A DNA stretch of 59,107 bases from a virus (lineage: Duplodnaviria; Caudoviricetes): IMG/VR virus record IMGVR_UViG_3300042934_000561, positions 1 to 59,107 of that record. One strand, given 5' to 3'. Positions 9,236 through 19,020 of this stretch are shown one piece after another. The notes under the pieces were generated by a model. That model worked only from the letters and a program-made list of their open reading frames with translations. It searched no databases and was not told the DNA's origin. Positions within the stretch are counted from its first letter, which is position 1; every line of letters begins with the position of its first letter. A program made the position numbers and the translations under genes.

Positions 9236-11308
9236 TTATAACACAGTTACAGTTCCATTTCCTAGGTCTAATTTAAATATATCAATGTTTTGTCCAACTT
9301 CACACGAATTAATTATTTTAGAACCTAGTACAGATCCTCCTCTAGTACTTATATCACAAGTTACTTCCATAACAGTAGGTGCTTGATAGTTTTGAACATA
9401 AAATATCACATAATTACCTGGATTATCGAGCACAGTAATAATTTCTGTTCCTCCGAATCTATTATCCAAATCTAACCAAACCGTACCACTTGGACTTGTA
9501 TATGTTGGATTGTTAAATCCAACATCTGATAGTAAAGTTCCATCGCTTAAATAAATTTTACATCTTAAATCATAATCCTTAGACAACCATCTCATTGTTA
9601 CTTTATAGTTGTAATCATGATCAATAACTACAGGAGCTACTACTACGTTTCCATTTGCAGTTAGCTGATTGTACTCTGCGTATACTTCAAAAGTTCCTTC
9701 CGTATCTGGATTACTTACTGAACCTAACTGATTAATAACAATTCCAGTACCTCTATTAATTATATTCCAAACACTCTGTTCAGTTACATCAACCCAATCG
9801 CCCAGTACTCTGTCATAGTATAATGCACTAAATGTACAACTTTCTGCAACTTGAATTTTATTTGTGGGCGGCTCCAATTTATATGGAGGATTTGGAACAT
9901 AAATTGATTGAACTTTTAAAATTCCAGTATCCGAATCTCCATCGTTTGTAGCAGTAATTAAATATTTTCCATGACGACTAGTTTTTACTAATCCATTGTC
10001 TAAAACGTCTAATGGCAGATCCGAACTCCACTGACAAAGTGATGATACATCTTCATACTGTTCCGTCTGGTTATTAAATCTTACTGCATAAAATCTAGCA
10101 ATTTCTTCTTCATCTACAGTCTGGGTATTTGGATCTACTTTAAAGTTTGGAACAATGTAGAGGATGCCTTTAGCCTTGTTTGAGTAGTTATCTGTTGCTT
10201 CGACATTGTAGTTTCCGGGCACTAGATTGTTAGATGTATTTCCAACATTATTTATTATCGAAGGTAAATCTATTTTCCAAGATACTTCAGAAGAAACATT
10301 TTTGTATTCTTCCGTAGTATCCTCAAATTGCATAGCATCAAACTTAAACGTAGATTTAGTTCCAATTATTTTTTGATTGGGAACTAATTTTAAGCCTTCG
10401 ACAACATCTAAATGAGCTATTACAGTATTCCCATTATATGTTCCATATATAGTATGCATTTTTACTTCGCTAGTCCTTGTTACTTTAGCATCTGCGTTTA
10501 TTTGTGCAGGCTCAGTAATTGTTAACGTGACAAGTTGAGGATTTTCCTTATACACCTCAGCTAAATTGTCAAATGTACTAACTTTAAAGGTATATGGATG
10601 ATTCTGACCAACTTTTTTGTAACTAGGTTCAATAAGTACCGCGTTCACTACTTCAAGTATTGCACTCGAAGATTCTTCGTTGTAGCGTGCTAGTACATTG
10701 TATTGCTTACAGTCAACAAGATTAGACGCTAGTCCGTCTTTTACTGTCGCCGGGCTATTTATTTCCCAATTAGCTAAAAAATTTACATCCTCTGCAATTC
10801 CTGGATCTGCGGTTGCAAAAGCAGTAAATTGGTAAGTACTTCCGTATCCAATTTTTTTATATTTTGGAAATATTTCTAGATCTGGAAGTATAGTATCCGG
10901 GTTTAATATAGGATTAGCGCTCACTAATCCAAGATCTAACCAAAGTACTTTTGATGTTCCGGTATCGTTATAAATTTTGAACATAATGTATTCTTCATCA
11001 GGATTTAATCTAACTACTGGACGAACACTTACCCGCTGAGCTAATTCTTTGGTAAATAAATTTTGAAATATAGTTTCGTTATTTCTAAACATTGAAACTT
11101 TATCTCCATCCTTCCAGCCACTAAAATCATATTCGACATACTGAAGCTCGTATTTATTATTTTTTGGAAAAAGAATACGTAAAGTAGTTTCCTTTTTTAG
11201 TGGAGGAACGTCATATCTAACTCCCAAGGAGTAATAATGCTTATATTTAGGAAACAAGGGAGTAGGAAATTTAAAAATATCAGCAAATATCTTTGTAGAA
11301 AATCCCAA
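9236..11308 (-). CDS. Ig-like (Big_2-type) repeat tail protein with YfaP/DUF2135-like C-terminus
   Basis: About five repeats of IxP...FxA...DV...W...G...Y.V.A.Y; C-terminal MRW..DYDL...LDLDNRFGGTEII. Confidence 0.7.
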   Translation of the reverse strand: MGFSTKIFADIFKFPTPLFPKYKHYYSLGVRYDVPPLKKETTLRILFPKNNKYELQYVEYDFSGWKDGDKVSMFRNNETIFQNLFTKELAQRVSVRPVVRLNPDEEYIMFKIYNDTGTSKVLWLDLGLVSANPILNPDTILPDLEIFPKYKKIGYGSTYQFTAFATADPGIAEDVNFLANWEINSPATVKDGLASNLVDCKQYNVLARYNEESSSAILEVVNAVLIEPSYKKVGQNHPYTFKVSTFDNLAEVYKENPQLVTLTITEPAQINADAKVTRTSEVKMHTIYGTYNGNTVIAHLDVVEGLKLVPNQKIIGTKSTFKFDAMQFEDTTEEYKNVSSEVSWKIDLPSIINNVGNTSNNLVPGNYNVEATDNYSNKAKGILYIVPNFKVDPNTQTVDEEEIARFYAVRFNNQTEQYEDVSSLCQWSSDLPLDVLDNGLVKTSRHGKYLITATNDGDSDTGILKVQSIYVPNPPYKLEPPTNKIQVAESCTFSALYYDRVLGDWVDVTEQSVWNIINRGTGIVINQLGSVSNPDTEGTFEVYAEYNQLTANGNVVVAPVVIDHDYNYKVTMRWLSKDYDLRCKIYLSDGTLLSDVGFNNPTYTSPSGTVWLDLDNRFGGTEIITVLDNPGNYVIFYVQNYQAPTVMEVTCDISTRGGSVLGSKIINSCEVGQNIDIFKLDLGNGTVTVL

Positions 11309-11324
11309 AAGTTCACCCCCTCTA

Positions 11325-13925
11325 TCAAGTTACAACTGCTGACCAAATCTTAAAATATTGATTTGGATCTAATGAAATTCTCTCTATTCCTCTAGTTGGA
11401 CAATCTATGTTTAGCAAAGTTTCTGGTATAATTACTGATTTAGAATCTGATTGAATTCCTCTTACAGAGGCAGTTACCATTCCGGCTCCATACTGAGGTC
11501 CGTAATTTGAATCATAGTACCAATCAATTCCGTTTGAAGTAGCTCCAATTTTAATCGAATTAGTACCCGATTGCAAATTGCATATAACATCATTCCAAGA
11601 TGCAGTTAACTTAAAATCGTCTAAAACTACAATACCGTTAACCCATATAGTAATGCAGTCTCCGTCTAAGTCTGAATTGTCTCTTACTTGTAAAGTTAAA
11701 TTTGTGGAGTGTATATTAAATGTGTATTCTGCAATAACTACTTCAGCATCAGCTACTAATGAAGGAACTGGTCTATATAACGCAGTTACTTTATACACTC
11801 CAATTTGATTAGTATTTCCAATTTGACCCGATTGAGTTATTGTTAATGGAGAATCAATATTCCAGTTACAATCGTTAGTTACATCAATGTCAGCATCTCC
11901 GGAAGATCTTAAATATGCCTTAAAAGTTTTAGTGTCTCCTAAGTTGATAGCGTATGACCCAGGAACAATTACCAGGGATTTCATTTTCACGTTAATTATT
12001 CCTTGTGCAGTTTTACCCTTATACGTGGCAATCATTACTATAGGACCTGATTCGTTAACTGTTACATGCCCATCAAAATTCGGAACTACGTTTCCGTTTC
12101 TTGTCCATACAGAGGACATTGTAACATCAACTCCCTCGGAATAGGCAGTGACTATGGTAGTGCTTCCTAAGTTAACTAATTGATTAGAAGGAGTTACCAG
12201 TAATGATATGTCCTTAACTACTAAAGAAGCAGTATCTATATAAGTCTTTCCACTATTATTGAAAACTACTTTCACTTCATATGTGCCTGGAATATTACAG
12301 TTATAAATCTTTCCTTTTGAAATAATAAATGTTGGAGCATTTATCGACCAAGTTACAATATCAGTAACATCACGCTCTCCGCTACTACTTGTATAATAAA
12401 CTCTGTAGTTAGCTTCGTGCATAAGCTTTATGGTTTGTGTGTCGGGACGAATTTCTAATTTAGGAGCTGATATTTTAATATTGGCAGTGGATTGCTTACC
12501 GTTATAAGTAGCTTCAACTCCGTAAGTTCCAGGAGTGTTAGTATTAGAAACTAATCCGTTTAATATGTTACATGGATTTTCAACTGTCCAAGAACACAGA
12601 TTTGTTACCTCCGACACAAATCCAGAACCATCTTTGTAGTAAGCTTTATATTGGTAAGTTTGTCCTTGATCAATAGACGCAGTAGTTGGCTCTATCCAAA
12701 ACTGAGCATCAAGTATCTTTACCTTGCCAAAAGCAGTTAGAGATAATGATGAATACGTTGCAGTAATTTCGTAAATTCCCTGAGCATTTGCAGTATTAGA
12801 CACGTATCCTTTTTTTGACGAGTTATTAAGATTTGGCCCAGATGGGCTAATACTCCAATTACAATTAGTAGTTACAGTGGCGAGAGTGTTTCCGAGTTTT
12901 AACAGAGCATTAAACTGAACCGTATCACCTTCGCTAATTTCTTTGTAACTTGGATCTATTAATAAACTAGGCCTATTAATAGATAACCCAGCATTTGCAG
13001 TATTTCCATTATAAATGGCGGATACTGTGTATTTTCCACCAGGTTTATTAGTGTTATTAACGAGTCCATTAGAAATTGAAGGAACTGAGCTAACTCCATC
13101 GTCCGAAGTAATACTCCAAGAACAAGAATTCCATGGTAGCTTAGTTTTAGTAGTTCCCTTTAATAAATATGAAGTAAATTGAACAGTCTCGTTTGGATTT
13201 ATAATGGCATTAAGGGGCTCTAGTACTATTGTTATTGGATCGACTTCTAATATAGAAGTAGCTTGCTGACCTTGAGCTGAAACCATTACAGTCCAATTTC
13301 CAGTCTGCGCGTTAGTAATTTTTCCTTTAGATACTTCCATTTCAGTATTATTTAAATAAATTGTCCAATCCGAATCTAACGTAACATCCATTAACGATCC
13401 ATCTTGCAGTGTCATTTGTGCCACAAACTGAACGTTTTCTCCTGGAGCACAAGAGGCTCTATTTGGTATAATATTTAAATCTAAGAATAAAGGACTACCA
13501 TCTAACGCTAATAGAATTACATCAGTTAGTTTTCCTTTATCTTCAATTTCAACGTCTTTTTTTCTAATATCATAATGTTCCCATATTAATGCAATTGAAA
13601 AAGGAACATAAGGGTTTAAAACCCTTATGCGAGTTAAATCTCCATAGGAGTCAGCACATAAACTCCATGTCCATTGTCCATTATTCGAAGTAAAGCTTGT
13701 AAGCACATCTTCGACGTCGTAGTTTAAGTGGTAATCGAAGTTTTCAAGCTTTACTATGTCGTAAGCATTTGTTAAATCGGTATTAGAATCATCATTTCCG
13801 TTATCAGGTTCTACTAAGGTTGGAATAAGTTTGTTGTATTCAAAATTACTAAATCCAGTAGCGCTGTCATACCGTATTTGCTTTAGTATCATTCTAAGTA
13901 TATCATTATATAAATTATTTATCAC
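11325..13925 (-). CDS. Ig-like (Big_2-type) repeat tail protein
   Basis: About seven repeats of IxP...QFxA...DVT..cxWxI...G..xVxAxY. Confidence 0.75.
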   Translation of the reverse strand: MINNLYNDILRMILKQIRYDSATGFSNFEYNKLIPTLVEPDNGNDDSNTDLTNAYDIVKLENFDYHLNYDVEDVLTSFTSNNGQWTWSLCADSYGDLTRIRVLNPYVPFSIALIWEHYDIRKKDVEIEDKGKLTDVILLALDGSPLFLDLNIIPNRASCAPGENVQFVAQMTLQDGSLMDVTLDSDWTIYLNNTEMEVSKGKITNAQTGNWTVMVSAQGQQATSILEVDPITIVLEPLNAIINPNETVQFTSYLLKGTTKTKLPWNSCSWSITSDDGVSSVPSISNGLVNNTNKPGGKYTVSAIYNGNTANAGLSINRPSLLIDPSYKEISEGDTVQFNALLKLGNTLATVTTNCNWSISPSGPNLNNSSKKGYVSNTANAQGIYEITATYSSLSLTAFGKVKILDAQFWIEPTTASIDQGQTYQYKAYYKDGSGFVSEVTNLCSWTVENPCNILNGLVSNTNTPGTYGVEATYNGKQSTANIKISAPKLEIRPDTQTIKLMHEANYRVYYTSSSGERDVTDIVTWSINAPTFIISKGKIYNCNIPGTYEVKVVFNNSGKTYIDTASLVVKDISLLVTPSNQLVNLGSTTIVTAYSEGVDVTMSSVWTRNGNVVPNFDGHVTVNESGPIVMIATYKGKTAQGIINVKMKSLVIVPGSYAINLGDTKTFKAYLRSSGDADIDVTNDCNWNIDSPLTITQSGQIGNTNQIGVYKVTALYRPVPSLVADAEVVIAEYTFNIHSTNLTLQVRDNSDLDGDCITIWVNGIVVLDDFKLTASWNDVICNLQSGTNSIKIGATSNGIDWYYDSNYGPQYGAGMVTASVRGIQSDSKSVIIPETLLNIDCPTRGIERISLDPNQYFKIWSAVVT

Positions 13926-13941
13926 TTATTCCATTCCTCCT

Positions 13942-16900
13942 TTATGAAACTATTATATCGTAAGTTAAATCCAAAGTTGTAGGACTTCCATTGGACGAAG
14001 CCCAAGATAATGTAATAACATTATTATCGCTTCCATCGGAGCTTATCCCTACATTATATAGGACACAACCGTCCACGGCACACAATACATTTCCATTATT
14101 TTCACTTGCTTTATTTCGTTCAGCTTGTGTAGCATTTTCCGGAAGATACGTAGTTTTGATAGAATAATGATCTGGAATATCATTGCTAATAGTAGTACTA
14201 CCCTCTGGAAGCGTAACGGTAGAAGTATGTGTGTATACAGCGCTTCCTGACAATCCAGGAAATCTTCCGTAATACGTTAACGACGATCTGATCGGTGGAC
14301 CTGCTTTAGTGACTCCATAATCGCTTCCCATAGCTTCAACATCAACTCCATTCCCTAGATAAGCTACTACGTGCCCCATAGTTCCGTCTGAGTCTCTTCT
14401 AAATATTAAGTCTCCTGGTCTAGCTTCTAACGAACTAATCTCGGAACACATATTCCACAGTCCTTCTGCCGTAGTTCTAAATCCATAAGGCTTTACGCCT
14501 GCTTTGATTAAACCCCAACATATAAATCCAGAGCAATCAAATGAATCTGGACCCTCAGCTCCCCAAACATAAGCACACCCTATTTTACTAATTAAAGCGT
14601 CCAAAAATATTTGAACCTTAGATCCGGAAACATACTCTCCATCTGTAGAAGATGAATTAGTAATAGTAGTTCCTCCATCTCGAATAACTCCGAATTTAGA
14701 CCATACATACACAGTTTGACCGTCATAATCTTTTAATTTATACCAACTACCCTCAGTTCCCAAATATTCTCCAAAGTATCCATAGTTTTCGATTTTCTTG
14801 ATTTCCCCATTTGGAGTCATTCTAACGTTTACTTGATTAGATTCTAAATACACATATTTTTTAGAAACGGTAGTGGTTTCTGTATGAGCTGTTACATCTC
14901 TTGTAATTTCTATTTCTGCTAAATTAGATCCATTTTTCGTAACTCTAATTTTTGCCGAAGCAATTTTAAATCCATATTTGAACTGTAACTTCTTGTTTTC
15001 ATAAGGAGTCATGTATTGACGATAGTTAAATGTGTCTCTAGATGATGGAAATTGATCAGTTAACATAATTAAATCCTCCGGAGAAAGGGTAGCTATATAA
15101 TCTAATTCTAGTTGGGTTATAAATCCTTCCTCACTGAAAGTATGCTTAATTTCTCTAACGCTGAATTTAGAATTAGTTCCAGTTATCAAATCCCTAATTT
15201 CGCAAATCTGATTTATTTCGATTAATGGATTTCCTTTTATAGCAATACTTAATGTTTGATGTCTACTAAGTATTTGTTCGAAGAAATTAGAGGCTGCCAA
15301 TCTTCTTTTTGCCTCAGTATCTCCAAAGGTGCCTATATTAATTGAAGTGGTTCGATTAACTCCTTTTGTAATTTTTTCTGTAATTAAAGGATGTTCGTAC
15401 ATATTCCACCCGTTAGTAGATTGAATTATTACTCTGTTTCTAGTATCTACTGCATCTTTTTTGTACGTTAAACTAGTTAAATCAACATAGTCAGTAATTA
15501 ACCAGTCCGGATTATCTAGCTGGGTTTGACGATGATCTTTTCTAAGCGCAATGTCTCCGTATCTAGTACATCTTAAGCTAACATGTCCTAACAAGTTTAC
15601 TATTTCCATACAAGCGTCAAAATAACTTTCAGTCATTGGAAAGGACTTGCTTGGAATAGTGTAAGCCGCGAGCTCTCCATCAATAGGCACATAATAGTCT
15701 TCAACAATAACGTTACAAATAGATCGATCTAGTAAAGGATGTGTTTCAAAACATTTAATCGTAGTGGCTTCTATAGCTAAATCCATTATCATGTCAGTAG
15801 CCTTCCACTCAACTTTTCGATTATCATCAGTATTCACTAGTCTTGGAATATATACTAATTTTACGTTATCTTTATGAATATAACCTGGGGTTGGATCTCC
15901 AAAAGGATATTTTACTTTTCTCCAATCGCCTTCTATTCCTAATATGTCTAAAGTATCTCCATTATATACACGTATAGTAGTATTCGGAGCGGTTTCGCTT
16001 GGGGCGGTTTTTAAATAATATAAATTAGGTAATTGAATTGCTTGATACTTGGCATCGTTTGCATACCCATCCATATTTTCAGTAGTTTGAGTAGATATTT
16101 CAGATCTAATGTAGCCACTCATTCCATTGTAGTCAACATTGAAAAATGTGCCATTAGCCACTGTTCTAAGATATGCATAGGTTTCGTTTTTTCTAACTAA
16201 TCCTATTTGATTAGATCTTAGTTCTGGCTGAGAATACACTGGCTCAACCTCTACAGAATCTTGTATTTTTACCATCGTTTGAGATGGTCCTATCGGAACT
16301 TCTCCTACAAATTCATTTCCAGAGTTATGAACCGATGTTCTAGATCCATCTACAAAACCACTGGCGCTTCCGTACATAATACAATGCCATCCGTTAGTAG
16401 TTCCTAAATATGTACACCTATCTCCAGGGCTTAACTGTCCTATCATGTTTTCCGTAACTGAAGGACCAGTTCTTACTGATATAGCATCTGGGCCTTCTAC
16501 GGTAACATATTTAGTTCGGTTAACAGTTTTACTTGGATCAATTACACCCTTTACTGTAATATTCGTCTTTGGATAAGATAATTGCTTTCCCCATTTTAAT
16601 GCGTTGATTGTTTGATCAACTAAATATCGTATATTGTCTCTCATAGTAAACGATAAGACGCTTGACTTAGAATCAATATTGATTGTATCAATTGCTCCAG
16701 TTATAACAGGAATTACTACATCCCCGTATCCAAGACACAATTGACAATAATTTTCTGGAATAAACAAATTTTTATAGTGAGATTCGGTATAGTCAGTTAA
16801 CATTTCATCGTCAAAGAAATTAAAATATTTATTTGGATCATCTATGATTACATCAGTAAGTGGATCATTATCAGGATTAGTAACATTAGAATTTCTGTAT

Positions 16901-18078
16901 TCAATTAACCAAGTAACAGTTTGTCTAGGGTTCTCTACTCCATGCATTAAGTCATATAATCCTGCCTGTGGTCCTGCCTGAGATTCATTTGGGTTTAATT
17001 CCCCACTTACTAAATCTATCTTTTTTGGAAGTACATAAATTGATTCCATTTGTAGTGTCCCGTTTGATCCATCTTCCGTATATTTAGGAGTTCTAACAGC
17101 ATCTGGATAGCATAGTTGAGCATTTCCAGTAACGTTTCCTAGGTTCCAAGTATCCTTTCCGCTATCGTAGAATCTTTTTCCGTTCCAGGTAGAAGTAATT
17201 TTTAATTTATTAATTCCAGGTTTTAAATATAACGGAATTTCTGTCCATACTTTTTCAAATTGATTATAATCAAACCCAGGAGGTCTAAATCCATAAACAA
17301 TTGGATCAAGTTCTGGAGCAGATTTTACTTCCACGCCGCTTAAAACTAAATTGGAATCTTCTCCCACAATTCCATATCCGTGATTAGAAACATCTCCCTG
17401 ATTTGAGAATACTAATGGGCTTCCATTTAACGTAAAATAAAACCAATCTCCGTCTTGCTCTTCACTGTCTCGAATCATAAATATTGGATTGGGTACGTCT
17501 ATCATATAAGACTTGTCGTAAACTAATAAACTTCCTGTTACCGTAGATCCTTTGTAAGTAGCTGTAATTTTGCATTCTGCATAATGGGATCCGTTTGAAA
17601 TTGTGGTATTAGTTACTTTACCATTATTTATTTGGAATCCGCTAACATCCCCATAATCCTCAATACTTCCTATTGGAACTATTTTCCAGTCACATTGTTC
17701 TGGATAAAGTACGCCTGGCCCACCTACTAATACATTATTGTACTCAGTAACAACATATGCATAGAATTGAGCTTCCTCGCCGGGTTTAATTGATATTTGA
17801 GCTGGTTTTAAAACCAATTTACCAGTTTTACTTTGAAGAACTTCTGGACTCATAAGCCCAGAAGCATTTGCCACTCTAACATTTGCAGTAGCCGCACCAC
17901 TTTCTCTAGAACTACTAATTTCTAACGACATTGCTCCATTTGGAACGCCATTCCATTCATAAGGATCTAATCCAGATTCTTCAACCCGTTTAATACGCAT
18001 TAAATAGTTTGGAGCTTCGTCTCCTATTTGAAGTGTATTTACAATAGCTTCGAGCATTCTTCGGTTTAATTGTAGCAT
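13942..18078 (-). CDS. Baseplate hub/tail-associated lysin with SH3b domains and NlpC/P60 peptidase
   Basis: SH3b-like VRTGPS..IGQL..G..GW..I.Y repeats; GCAYVWGAEGPDSFDCSGF...PGDLIF...GHVVAYLG...EA; position after TMP and Dit. Confidence 0.85.
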   Translation of the reverse strand: MLQLNRRMLEAIVNTLQIGDEAPNYLMRIKRVEESGLDPYEWNGVPNGAMSLEISSSRESGAATANVRVANASGLMSPEVLQSKTGKLVLKPAQISIKPGEEAQFYAYVVTEYNNVLVGGPGVLYPEQCDWKIVPIGSIEDYGDVSGFQINNGKVTNTTISNGSHYAECKITATYKGSTVTGSLLVYDKSYMIDVPNPIFMIRDSEEQDGDWFYFTLNGSPLVFSNQGDVSNHGYGIVGEDSNLVLSGVEVKSAPELDPIVYGFRPPGFDYNQFEKVWTEIPLYLKPGINKLKITSTWNGKRFYDSGKDTWNLGNVTGNAQLCYPDAVRTPKYTEDGSNGTLQMESIYVLPKKIDLVSGELNPNESQAGPQAGLYDLMHGVENPRQTVTWLIEYRNSNVTNPDNDPLTDVIIDDPNKYFNFFDDEMLTDYTESHYKNLFIPENYCQLCLGYGDVVIPVITGAIDTINIDSKSSVLSFTMRDNIRYLVDQTINALKWGKQLSYPKTNITVKGVIDPSKTVNRTKYVTVEGPDAISVRTGPSVTENMIGQLSPGDRCTYLGTTNGWHCIMYGSASGFVDGSRTSVHNSGNEFVGEVPIGPSQTMVKIQDSVEVEPVYSQPELRSNQIGLVRKNETYAYLRTVANGTFFNVDYNGMSGYIRSEISTQTTENMDGYANDAKYQAIQLPNLYYLKTAPSETAPNTTIRVYNGDTLDILGIEGDWRKVKYPFGDPTPGYIHKDNVKLVYIPRLVNTDDNRKVEWKATDMIMDLAIEATTIKCFETHPLLDRSICNVIVEDYYVPIDGELAAYTIPSKSFPMTESYFDACMEIVNLLGHVSLRCTRYGDIALRKDHRQTQLDNPDWLITDYVDLTSLTYKKDAVDTRNRVIIQSTNGWNMYEHPLITEKITKGVNRTTSINIGTFGDTEAKRRLAASNFFEQILSRHQTLSIAIKGNPLIEINQICEIRDLITGTNSKFSVREIKHTFSEEGFITQLELDYIATLSPEDLIMLTDQFPSSRDTFNYRQYMTPYENKKLQFKYGFKIASAKIRVTKNGSNLAEIEITRDVTAHTETTTVSKKYVYLESNQVNVRMTPNGEIKKIENYGYFGEYLGTEGSWYKLKDYDGQTVYVWSKFGVIRDGGTTITNSSSTDGEYVSGSKVQIFLDALISKIGCAYVWGAEGPDSFDCSGFICWGLIKAGVKPYGFRTTAEGLWNMCSEISSLEARPGDLIFRRDSDGTMGHVVAYLGNGVDVEAMGSDYGVTKAGPPIRSSLTYYGRFPGLSGSAVYTHTSTVTLPEGSTTISNDIPDHYSIKTTYLPENATQAERNKASENNGNVLCAVDGCVLYNVGISSDGSDNNVITLSWASSNGSPTTLDLTYDIIVS

Positions 18079-18079
18079 T

Positions 18080-19018
18080 TTATATCCACCCCACTCCTAG
18101 TTTACAATGAGAACTAAATTTTAATCTTTGCTCGTATAACCCACTTCCGTAGTATTCGGCTTTTTCTAACTCTAAAACTCCACGATAAAGTATTCCTTGC
18201 TCGTCGCAAATTACATGAGGCTGATCTATGTTTCTTATAAAATCATTATAGCTCATTGCGTTATCAAATCTTATAGTGATATCAAAATTAGAACTAACTC
18301 TTGTCGTCGTTTGAAATGTATTGTATCCCCTAAGAACTTGTAACTTTTTAAACGGAGTGTCCGGAGAAGCTGGAGTTAGGTGAGCTAAATCGCAATTCAG
18401 CTCGTAATAAGGGTAAATTACAATATTATCTAATTCGCATCTAGGAATTGGATCAGTTTTACCATTATTAGTATATGCAAATTGAACCCATTGTCCTGGA
18501 ATTAATTTATGATAATCACTAACTTGCCAGGAACATGGACCCCAAAACTTTTGAACCATTGTATCTGGATTATCAATTATTGAGTAAGCGGGTCTCCCCT
18601 CTGGAGAAGTTCCGTCTGGAACAACATTTTCGTAATCCGTTACATAAGTTCTAAGCCATCCGCTACCGAACAGTCCAACATCGAATTTAAATTCGTAAAA
18701 TTTAGGAGGAGTATTGTTGTAGTAATCACATTTTTCGTAATGAATTCTTAAATCTACTGCACAAGGTTTATTTGCAAATAAACTCCAATAATAAGTTCCT
18801 GGAGCACCAACAATTTCTTGTCGTCTATCCGTAAATAATGTATCTCCATCCGTCGGATTTTCTCTAAAATCTACGGGCCACACATCTATAAAATTTCTAT
18901 TTATATTCTGTTCCTCGTTTCCAGTAGGATCAAACTCGTCTTTTATCCAAATTGGACCACGACGATATATCTTATAAGGCTGATATGTCTTTTTAGTTGA
19001 AGTTGCCATAGATTTCAC
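18080..19018 (-). CDS. Distal tail protein (Dit)-like
   Basis: Position between tape measure and hub. Confidence 0.55.
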   Translation of the reverse strand: MKSMATSTKKTYQPYKIYRRGPIWIKDEFDPTGNEEQNINRNFIDVWPVDFRENPTDGDTLFTDRRQEIVGAPGTYYWSLFANKPCAVDLRIHYEKCDYYNNTPPKFYEFKFDVGLFGSGWLRTYVTDYENVVPDGTSPEGRPAYSIIDNPDTMVQKFWGPCSWQVSDYHKLIPGQWVQFAYTNNGKTDPIPRCELDNIVIYPYYELNCDLAHLTPASPDTPFKKLQVLRGYNTFQTTTRVSSNFDITIRFDNAMSYNDFIRNIDQPHVICDEQGILYRGVLELEKAEYYGSGLYEQRLKFSSHCKLGVGWI

Positions 19019-19020
19019 TC

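Noticed and set aside
1-18078. Diversity-generating retroelement or invertible tail-fibre cassette
   Set aside because: I saw no reverse transcriptase, recombinase or TR/VR-like nucleotide duplication
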